Source: Euglena gracilis | Taxonomy: Eukaryota | Assembly (NCBI GenBank): GCA_039621445.1 | Contig: CP154954.1 | Span: 34,445,737 to 34,509,736, forward strand | Length of the DNA stretch: 64,000 bases | Direction of reading: 5' to 3' | In this document: piece after piece, positions 53,753 through 64,000 of the stretch | Layout: each line of letters begins with the position of its first letter | How positions within the stretch are numbered: the first letter of the stretch is position 1 | Translations under genes and position numbers: made by a program | Notes under the pieces: generated by a model | Database searches by the model: none | The model's input: the letters and a program-made list of their open reading frames with translations, nothing else | Told to the model about the DNA's origin: nothing

Positions 53753-55600
53753 GCATGTATGTATATATACACATTCATATATATGTATACATATCCCAAA
53801 GTAAGTGATTTCTCAGTTTCAGCTTTTTTGGGTGTTCAAATAGCACATGTGTTTGAATGCGTGCATGATAGTGGAGAATGACGAAGGGGAGTTTGAGTGA
53901 TGCTGAGCCAGAAGCTGGGTTGGTGCTTTTGAACTATTCAGGCACTGGGGAGGCAGTGGCTGTTCCAATCAGGCGAGTCATGGGCGGTAGGCTGTGGAGC
54001 CTCAGTGACGTTGAAATTGATATTTTTTGAGATCTTGGTCCCATTTTTGGGATTAAATCTTCGGATATAAAGAAATTTATACCAGAATACAAAAATGGAA
54101 CCCCCTGGTGTGTTAGAAGAAAGAGGATCAACTACCCCCTCCTTTGTCAGACCGCCACCCCTGGTCGTTGACTGCGGGTTTCATGAATTTCATTTTTGTG
54201 TTGTTCCCCTTGTTGAACAGAAAGAGGATTTTTGCAAAGAAAAAGATGTGCATTATGTTTGGGGCATTTCAAGGTTGGACACAAAACCAACGCCCAAACC
54301 AACGCCCTGGGTCGGCAAAAAGGTCAATTTTTTGTCTTTTTGAAAAATGCATCATTTTTTCAAAAAGTTTGGAAACAAAATGTTTGCTTTTTTTGGCCTT
54401 GTTCATTTAAACTTGAAATGGCCCCGGGGTCACCACTTCAAACAACCACTTTTTCCCTGCCATTCAATTCGAAAAAGACCACGGAGGGTTGTGGGTCGGA
54501 CACCCCTGTCACCCCTGTCACCAATTGGGTGGGGAATTCTTTTAGCCCTAAACGCCCTCCCCCAAATAGTATGGCACTGCAGCACTATTGGACGGCTGCC
54601 TCCGGCGGCAGGGGGTGCAGCACTATTTCGACCCTTCCGTACTATTAGACTAGATGCCTCTTAGTCCCGGCTAAACACTACAGGCACCCTTTTTGCCCAC
54701 TCAATGTCCGACTCTGAGGCTAGCAAGGTGCACTCCGGTGCCCCCAGCCTGTCGGATTGGGGGGGTGCACTATTGGACGCTCGCTTCATCCGGCGGGGGG
54801 TGCAGCACTATCTGGCCCCAAATGGCAGTACAACCTGTTCCCCTTACATGGCCACATGGGAAACCATGATTTGGCCCCAAAACTGGAAACCGATCGGGGG
54901 TTCCCATTGTGTTCCCCGGGAAAGCTATTTTGATGTGCCGGTCGGATTAGTGCCTACGGGTCAGAAAAACATGCGTTTGTCAGAAAACTATCCAGGTATC
55001 GACAGTTTTGGAGGGGTGGAAGAGGGCCCCAAATGGCCCAACAGGATATTTGGCATTTCACAACTTTTTGGGGCTCAAAAAGGGCCCAAAATTGGCTTAA
55101 AAATGGCCATGTCTCGGGCTCGGCGGAGAGTTATCAGAAAACCAAAATACAGTTTGATGAGGCTTTTAAGTTCTTCTTTTGATGTTTCAAATTTTTTTGA
55201 TTTGCTTCATTTTTGAGAAATGCCATCTCGCAATATTTTGGGACCAAAAGCGGCCCAAAATATTCGAAAAACGCTATTTCTTGGGGCAGGCGGGGAGGCA
55301 AGAACAGCAATGTACAGGTGTGTGATGGGTTCTTTTGATTCCCCATCATTTCTTAAAGATGTGGATCAATCAATTTTTTGCCCCAAAAATAGTTGGCAAA
55401 GTCGGAAACCTGCAAAAAAGACGCTGTTTTGGGTGTAAATTGGCCATACCTTGGGTCTAACTAGAATATGGAGAACATGATAACTGCATTTGAAATTTGT
55501 GACTTTTTTGATGAAATCTATTGTTCACAATTTTCATTGTTCACAAAAAAAAAGGAAGGGGAAATAAAAGAAATGGAAAAGGTGGGAAAATGGAAAAAGG

Positions 55601-55723
55601 AAAAATGAAAGAGGGGAATAAAATATCATCTGAATATTCCACATTTTCAAGTGAATGCAACTTTTGCATTCTCTTGAGAATGTGTAATATTCAGAGGATG
55701 TTTTATTCCCCTCTTTCATTTTT
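55601..55723. repeat. Imperfect AT-rich palindrome at the centre of a larger foldback region
   Basis: AAAATGAAAGAGGGGAATAAAA..TTTTATTCCCCTCTTTCATTTT. Outer inverted matches occur at 55100-55360 versus 56490-56580. Confidence 0.75.
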
Positions 55724-56852
55724 TTATTTTTCTTTTCTCAATTACTCTTTATCTATATTTTTTATGTAATTATTGTATTATATTATTGTATTTTTTACAT
55801 GCCTTTAATTTCAAGCGTGCTGTGCATTCAAACAATTTCTCGGTGCTTTGGTTTTGGCAAAAGTGTCGTCAAATGTCATTTTGAGCAACTCACAACTGAC
55901 AAACAATGGAGGAGCAGCCAATCATGATTTGTATATAATTCATTGGAAATCCAACCAAATGTTTGGATTTTTTTTAGCAAATGGAATGACCTACTCCCCC
56001 AACATAAATTACCCTATATGAAAACTAATTTTGTGTCTAGCCTGATTTACGCCCATTCCACTGGGCCATTCCAATGTAGAACAGGGTCTATCTGCCAGCA
56101 ACAAAAAGAAATTTCAAACTGTGCCGAGTCATCAAATAGGCTCAGTATAATAGAATTCAAGCCCCTGCAACGCCCCATCTAACGATACCTGGTTTTTCTG
56201 GTAACTCGATGGCAAGCTCAAGTTACGCCCCAAATCCCCATCACCGTTTTTTGACGTGGGTTTAATCTTTTTTTGGCGCAAAAAAAATAGCACCAAATGC
56301 CAAATGTCTCCAAAATGAAGCAAAGTCGAGCAAAAAAACGTCATTTTGAAGCCATTAAAATGCCCTATCTAATGGTATTTTGATTTATCCACAACTCCCC
56401 GCTCACCTTTAGAAGCTGCCAGTGCTAACCCCCCAGCAAAATTTCATTTGAAAGTAAATGCCCTGCCTGATGGCAGTTTGATTTCCCCACAATTCCGCCG
56501 AGCCCGAAATATGGCCAATTTGCTGTTTTCGCCATTTTATTGCTCCAAACTTTCTCAAAAATGATGGGGAATCAAAGGAAATGTCCGGCGACCTAAAATA
56601 AAGCACTGGGAACTCCCCACATATCCGTCAATTCATGTTCCATAACTCCCCGCCTGGCCCAAGAAAGGGCCTTTTTGAAACATTTCTGGTCACAAAAAAC
56701 CGCAAAATGCCAACCACATCGGAAAATGAAGCAAAATAAAGGAAAAGATCTGCAGACTGAAATTGAGGCCCTTAAGGCATCCAAATGGAATGGTATTTGT
56801 CTTCCCCGTGACTCCACAGCTTGCCTGGGTGATGACCATTTCTACTACAAAA

Positions 56853-57010
56853 AAGGGGTGGCGGACGCCGGTTCTGTCCAAAACCCGGCGTTCCGGACGC
56901 CGGTTCCGTCCTTCGGACGGAACCGGCGCCCTTCGGACGGTTCCGTCCGAAGGACGGAACCGGCGTCCGGAACGCCGGGTTTTGGACAGAACCGGCGTCC
57001 GCCACCCCTT
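56853..57010. repeat. Perfect long palindrome (~73-bp arms, ~12-nt loop)
   Basis: The arm AAGGGGTGGCGGACGCCGGTTCTGTCC...GGACGGAACCG is repeated as its exact reverse complement. Confidence 0.9.
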
Positions 57011-57012
57011 GT

Positions 57013-57845
57013 TTAAAGCGGCGTTTTAGAGACGCCAGGCTCAGGACAGAACCGGCGTCCCCACCCTTCGGTCAAAGGACACTCCCAGGACCAATCTCCG
57101 ACCACTTATCTGCAATGTCACGCCACTTTGCATTTCATCAAATTCCGGCGATCGCGAGGGTATTTCTGGCTGAGTCAATCGTCCAGGTACAAAGTCACCC
57201 CTCAATCGAAAGCTCTTTTCATCAGACGACTGGCGATCACCACCAAATTCAGCCACGCCGCCTGGAGCTCTTATTTTCCGTCACTGGGAAATCCTAATTT
57301 CACAACTCTGGTGCCCCCTAGGACCCGTCAGGTCGTTGATTCGAAGAGGAAAAACGTTTCTGTAGGGTTTATTCAGCATCTTAAACCAAAAATCACTGAA
57401 AATTGCCACAAATTTCGACTCAGATTCTGGCCGATCCGACGATCGCGAGCGTATCTCGGGCTGCGTGCAAGGTTAGAGTACCAAGTTACCCCTCGATCGA
57501 AAGCTCTTTTCAACAGACGACCAGCGGTGCTCATCAGATCTTTCCACGCTGCACGGTACTCTATTTCCAAATCTGGGCCAATTTTCACCAAATTTGGATA
57601 TCCACCCCAGTGGTCCCCAAATGGCAAAATTCATTGTCCTAGATGGTTGAAACAGTCATACCAGCACCTTAGGGCCACTTTTGGGCACCTTTGGTGACAT
57701 TTTTAGGAATGAAAACCGGACGCCGGGTTTTAGGACAGAACCGGCGTTCCTAACGCCGGGTTTTAGGACAGAACCGGCGTCCGTAAAACCCGTGGGGGGG
57801 GACGCCGGTTCTGTCCTGAACCCGGCGTCTCAAACGCCGGTTTAA
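57013..57845. mobile_element. TIR element bounded by TTAA
   Basis: ~45-bp imperfect TIR (..GGCGTTT..GAGACGCC.GG.TCAGGACAGAACCGGCGTCCCC) with TTAA at both ends, and an internal ~110-bp direct repeat (57145-57260 and 57435-57550). Confidence 0.7.
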
Positions 57846-60800
57846 GGAGCTCTGAGCTGATGGCACCATCAATCAGGGAAAGAGCTCAGCACTGCACAAA
57901 ACTTGGTGAATTGTTGGTTCAGCACATGGTGTGGTCATAATGGCCCACTGCCTACCAGGGCCATATTTTCTTTACCTCACAGAAAACAAGCATTCACTTT
58001 GTTCATTGGTGAGCAGACTCGTCGCTAGCAAAACTAGAAATTTCTTGTGATGCGAGCACCCTGGAACAATATTTTGTGTCTGGGACACGGGGGGGGACGC
58101 GGGGGGGGGACGCGGGGGGGGGACGCGGGCGAGACGCCATTTTTGGGACAGTGAAATTAGGAATTTGCCGTGAGAAAATTTTAGCCAAATTAGGATTCTA
58201 CCACAACAAATTAGGACAAACCCACCCCAAAGCAGGAATCACCCACTGCAAGTTAGGAATCACCCACACCAAATTAGGAATCACCAACCTCAAATTTGCC
58301 TGAAATTAGGAATCAGCCTCCTAAATTGGCTGTCTCGAGAACAAAATTATGGTTCCAAAGTGGGACGCGAGGGGGGGGGACGCGGGGGGGGGGGGACACG
58401 GGGGGACGCGGGGGAGACACCCCCTCTTGTGTGTGTTTCTCTGTGCTGTTTCTCTGTGCTCTGCAACCAAAAAAATTACTCACTGCTGCAAGAGAGTTCT
58501 GCTCCACGTTGACTTTTTATTTTGTGCTTCGCCATGGCCACAACAGAAAAAAATTTTTGCCACCTCCGTGTCTAAAAAAAAAAAAAAAAATTGTAATCCT
58601 TGTCAACAACTGTTAAAACTTTGACAAAGACGAACAAATACAACCAGCCATTTTGTCCACGCCTGATTGTGCCCATCAACTTTGAGACGTTGCATTGCAT
58701 CTGATGCTTTGGAGGAGTTGCCTTGCTGCACAATGACAAGACGAGAATGGAAACCATTTGCTGTGGCACCTTGCAGCGAACAATCAAAAATAACAGAATT
58801 GCATTAATGAAGAATAAGGGAATCGTTTTAATCCATGGGTGGCCAGTGTTCACCAACATTCGACAATCCATATGTGAATATTTGATCTAATCCGCAAAAT
58901 TAATCATTAATAGAATCACTGTGACCTCAATGAAAATTCCATTTGGACACCCGAACTTTTTCCGACTTTCACCGCACCAAAATCATCCAAAACAACTGTT
59001 TCCATAATAAAAATGCCACGACCGGCACTGAAAACACTGTTTCACTGAAAGCACTCTGGCCTTTCAGGCGGAAATTTAAGACCCTCCAGGTCTAATGCCA
59101 AAAAGGATTTTCACATCTGGTGGCCATGTTAAACTTGAATTTGTTGTTCTGATCCTTGCCAACGTCATCCACACCAAATCGGCTGAATTGCCGTCGTGAG
59201 TCTCAAAAATCATCCAACTCTGAATGGTCCCCAATTGAACATCTTGGATGGATATTGATGATAATAATCGCAACAACAAGTTGCAGCTTGGCCTTGCTGC
59301 TTGGTGATTGGGAGACATTCTAATTGGGAAACACCAGCCATCAGGGGGGGGGGCATGCTATTTTCAATTTGCTGATGACATTCATGGAGAAATGATCTTG
59401 ATGACATTTCATGGATGGGTCGTAAACACAACCATCCATGCGAACTGCACTTGAGTTATGGTATCACAATTGCGTCTTGTTTTGAGCCCCCCATTTTCCA
59501 TTGACGGTGCTCCCCCAAGAGAGATGCAATTTGACCCAATGGTGGTCCCCCAAGAGAGGTTCAAAGAAACCCAAAGACCCAAAGAAAAGACCCAAAGAAA
59601 AACATCTCAATTTAATATTTTCAGTTTTTGAGGTAGAGATAGGGTTTTGTGACTTAGACGTCTTGCTCCATTGGAGGCTTGGGGGGGGAGGTCCGGACCC
59701 CCCCCCCCGAAATTTGGGAAAAGGTGGTTCTGGCAACCCAACCAGACTGCCAAACCATGAGAGACTCACCAAAAACCCTAGAAGGGAGTCAAAAAAACAT
59801 CCCTATGAATTTTGTTTGAACACCTCTTCTTTTCCAGAAGTAAAAATAGAACAAAAAAGGTTTTGAACTTCTAGTGGGATGTCAAATTAGTAACTCTTCA
59901 CTCTCTTGGTGCAACTGTCCTCTGCAAGGCAAATCAAGGATGGGATTGCCACAGCAACGCCCATCCGGGGCGAGTTCCTATTATAATTGCAAGTATTGGT
60001 AATGCAAGGGACACTTCATGTTGCAACGCAATGTCAAGCACTTGCTTGAGGGGCAGCAGGACTTCATTTTTTGAGTTTGTCGTGAACCTCAACTGGTTTT
60101 TCAAAAACAACCCAGAAGGACAAGGCAACATAGATGGTCTTCCTTAGGGACTTTGCATTTATGCTTTGAATTTGTATAGACAAGCAGAATGGGGGGTCCA
60201 AACCAGCCAGTTTGAGGCGAGAGAAATGGAACATCAATTTTTTTGGTGAGAAAACTGGGGGGACCTGTGCCTTCCCAAAACATCGTCAAATCATCCTGCC
60301 AACGCAAGCAGACCTTCTATTCTTTGCAAATGGCCAGGCTTCTTCCATTTAAAAAAAATGGGTCTGTAACATTGCAACATTGTGTTACAATGTGTTTTTG
60401 CATTGTAAAACATCAGCAAACACTTTCTAAACATTTCGGGCTCAATCGGGTACTTTGGTGCGTTGTTTGTAGATTTCAATGTTGCAGGCAAACATCCACA
60501 CCCCTACCCGCACCATACACCTCAACACCGTTTGGTGAAACCAACATGGCGTATGTGCTCTTCAACAAATCGAATTTGCAGGTGCTTGGGAAAGGCTGGG
60601 TGGGGAATCAGATGTCCACTTTGGAAACGAAATGAACAATAATAACAAAAGGACCGCAAAAATCCACAAGAGCCACAAGGTTCGCATCCATCCAGAACTG
60701 AAAGGAACAAAGAATGACGCTCGAATGTTTGTTCACCGTTTGGAAGTTCACCAGGGCACAGACTCCGTCCCCCACCCCATTTCATGGCCAACCAAACAAT

Positions 60801-62754
60801 GAAATCCACCAGGGATAATAACAATAACAATAAAATTTGAGATTTCTCAGAAATTTATAAAGAGCCAAGCGAATCTCGCACGAAGTCGATCAATTTCACA
60901 AACGACAAAATTTCACTTTTTTTTTTTGAAAAACACAAAAAAAAGACAAAGACCACTCCTTTGGCAATGCACAAGTTCTCACGAGGCGGTGGTCCCTTGG
61001 TGTGGAAGTAGGATTGCTTATTTCAACCTCCCCCGAAATATGCCAAAAACCAATCCTTGACCATACTTTAAGGACCTCAATTATTTTGAGCTTGGGTTGA
61101 TTTTTTTGAGTTGGTTGAGGTGGATTGGACGCCAGGGGGCTCTTTGCATACTTACAATGCTTTTGACGTTGGCCTTGCAATGAATGCCGGTGTAACAACC
61201 AACTTCTCCATGGTTGATGTTGGTGAAACAACAACATGATGGAGTTGTTGGGAAAAAAATCTTTCTCAAGAAATGTAAGAAAAAAATCATTTGAGAGAAT
61301 AACCGGGACTGAAAGTCGTCCAGTGCTTTTAGTTGTTGCTCCCCCCCTTGACCCACGAGCCCCCACCTCTCACACACCCCGGCTCCCGACTGCCCACCTC
61401 AGCCCAGGTCGTACGCAAGGGACGGCAGGAGGAAAACAAGAATGGACCCATAAACAAAGAATGCATTTCCCCCCTCATTTTTCTCAGTTTCACCCCGTAC
61501 TTGCCAGAACACCACCTTTTCTCTTCATGGAGTCCCGTCGAAAGCGGATTGGTGCCATCACCTTGGTGGCCCGACGGCCCTCCCCACCACCTAAGCCCCA
61601 CCTACAAGAAACCCGTTTCTTTTAGCTGGGTTTCCCAAAAATGGCCCGAGGGGTTTCTTATAGGTGGGGGTTTCTTAAAGGTGGGTTTCAATGTCCGAAA
61701 AAATTTTGAGCCAACAAAAGGCCAAAAGTGGCCAAAAACAGTCAAAAACTTCCCTTTGGCGCCTTTGGCGCCGAAGAAAAATGGGGGGTTTCTTACAGGT
61801 GGTTGTGTTCAAAGTTCCCCGAGGACCCTCGGCCACCGGGGGGGGGGGGGCATTTTGCCGGGCCGAGGGGGTCAGTCCCCCGGGGTCCACCGTGGCGGGC
61901 AGCCGGAATTTCCCAAAGGAAAATTCATTGGTATGGTTCGGCATGCCGTGCCGAGGGGGGTTGGCTGACCAGGGGGGGGGGGTCCCCATTTTGCTGTCCC
62001 GAGGGGGTCCAACCACTAGGGGGGGGGGGATGGCTGCCGAACCTCCTTTGGTGAGACCCGAGATCACCAAGCCCGTCTCTCCGCTCGGGTAGGCACAGAG
62101 TGTTGTCTGCTCGCAGACATTGAATATAAAGTGTTTAAAACAGAAACATTTGCACTTTTGATTAAAACACTGATATTTTTCGGGGCATAGTTTCCCTCCC
62201 CTGCGTTAGTCAAGCGGACAGAGGGCCGGCTTCGATCGGCACCATCTGTCAGACGTGCGGGTTCGATCCCCTGATCGGACCAGCCACGGCATCGCGACGC
62301 TGCCGGGCGTGGTTAGGAATGGCCGCTGTATGGCGGGAAATTCCGATGGTGGGCAAACAGATCGGTGGATCGTCCCACCGTGCCCAACGGGTGAGCGCCG
62401 TAGCCATGTGTTACGGCGGTTGCCTGCCTTGCATCGTAGCATCAACCGGCTTCGGCCTTCAGCTCTACAAGGTAGACAACAGCACCCGTTGGATACAGTG
62501 GTTCGAGACCCTGGTCGGGGATGGAGAACTTCAAGTGCCTCGTACCCCAGGGCTAATGCCCCCCGGCGGAGTGTAGCTCCACGGGCGAGAAAGAGAAATG
62601 GAGATGTCCATTCTGGGCGAGGGCATAGTTTTAAACACATCGCGATTCGCGAAAATGGAGATGCCTAATATGTTGCTAAAAATTCATTTTGGTTGTCCCA
62701 AAAAAAATTTTTGGCTCACCCTCCCCGGGAAAAAAATGTTCCTACACCTATGGC

Positions 62755-63360
62755 GCCCCCCCCCCCCGGAGGGGGCCGTAGGCCAACTAAGTTCACATAT
62801 CGGGATTCCTTCGGGAGCGCGATTTGGCCCTCCTTTTTTTGCACACACAGGGTGATTTTGTTATTTTTGGCGGCGGGTCCGGGGGGGGGGGGGGCGGCAC
62901 CCCCCGGACCCCCCCCTGTTCACTTCAGAACTGAATTGGACATGTTGACTTCCCGGAGGGGGGGGGGTCTAGTGTCGAAGGCGCCAATTTTTTTATTTGA
63001 AAAAGTGCCTTAATCGGTGTGCGCCCGTCGTTCCGGTTTTCGTTTTTTTCCCGAAGCGAACAAGTATGGCCAGGAACACAGAGGGGAGGAGGAGGCCCCC
63101 GGAGGAGGCCGTAGGCCGACTAAGTTCGCATATCGGGGTTCCTTCAGGAGCGCGATTTGGCCCTCCTTATTTTGCACTCACAAGGGGACTTTGTTATTTT
63201 GGGCGGGGGGGTCCGCTGAGGGGCTGCAGCCCCCCCCCCCCCCCCGGAGGAGGCCGTAGGCCGACTAAGTTCGCATATCGGGGTTCCTTCGGGGCCGCGA
63301 TTTTGCCCTCCTTATTTCGCACACACAAGGCGATTTTGTTATTTTGGGCAGGGGGGGTCC
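62755..63360. repeat. Three ~115-bp direct repeats
   Basis: GGCCGTAGGCCRACTAAGTTCRCATATCGGG..CCTTC recurs at ~62773, ~63107 and ~63252. Confidence 0.8.
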
Positions 63361-63802
63361 GCTGTGCGCACGGCGGCCGGAATTAGGATCAGGCAAAAAT
63401 TAATCTGGGTCGCGGAGTGAGTTTTTTCTGCCTCACAGCTGTGCGATCAGGCGTCTGGCAGGTTTTATAAAAGAGCGGTATTACCACCCCCCCCCCTTTA
63501 TTGTCCCCCCCCTTTATTGTCCCTGGGCCCCGGCCGATGGGGGGTTTTTTTGGCCCGGCCAATGAAATTCCTTTGGTACCCCTTTATTGTCCCCCCCCTT
63601 TATTGTCCGGTCGGGCCTCCCGGGGGCAGGTCGGTGGGACAATGAAGGGGGGGGGGGGGTGGTAATCCATTCGGTATTGCTACCGAGCGGTATTTTCATC
63701 CCCCCGGTATAATCGGTATTTTTTGCGCGAATCACGTGGACTTGAACACGGTTTTCACTACCGGTGTACATCATGGACTCTTAACACGGTTTCAACATTG
63801 TG

Positions 63803-63894
63803 TCGTGTTCTGATCCCGCTTTTGTACCAGGAAAACCGGGGGCGCCTTCGGCACCCCCGGTTTTCCTGGTAAAAAAAGCGGGATCAGAACACGA
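63803..63894. repeat. Hairpin with a TTCG-type loop
   Basis: TCGTGTTCTGATCCCGCTTTT..GGAAAACCGGGGG-CGCCTTCGGCA-CCCCCGGTTTTCC..AAAAGCGGGATCAGAACACGA. Confidence 0.85.
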
Positions 63895-64000
63895 AACATC
63901 TTTTAGAACAACACAAGGGATTCCCCCCCCCCAAACAACTCGGAAACACAAGGCATTTGCCCCCCAAAACGACTTGGAAACACAAGGGCGTCCTCGAGTA

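Noticed and set aside
62755-63360. Spaced direct repeats resembling CRISPR or an RNA gene cluster
   Set aside because: Only three long, irregularly spaced units, with no tRNA, 5S or SL RNA signature recognised.

Overview
Eukaryotic nuclear DNA, very probably from a euglenid (Euglena-like). This is inferred from genes that mix GT/GC-AG introns with nonconventional introns whose ends base-pair (CAG-like triplet at +4..+6 paired with CTG-like triplet at -8..-6). Three intron-rich genes lie head-to-tail on the minus strand, all reconstructed by hand. Gene C (~53 kb or further upstream, to 41778) encodes a DxD-type, glycosyltransferase-like protein. Gene B (40703-24688) encodes a Q/P-rich protein with CCHC zinc knuckles and C-terminal FG motifs. 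Gene A (24107 to beyond the left edge) has an N-terminal CID-like (Pol II CTD-interacting) domain, a duplicated Pro/Ala-rich linker, and a C-terminal archaeo-eukaryotic primase/PrimPol-like domain with intact-looking catalytic motifs. The introns are packed with nested MITEs (several CAG...CTG-ended with 8-bp TSDs), foldback hairpins and microsatellites. Most ORFs in the supplied track are artefacts of these repeats. No rRNA, tRNA or CRISPR array was recognised. Domain names come from motif recognition, not database searches.
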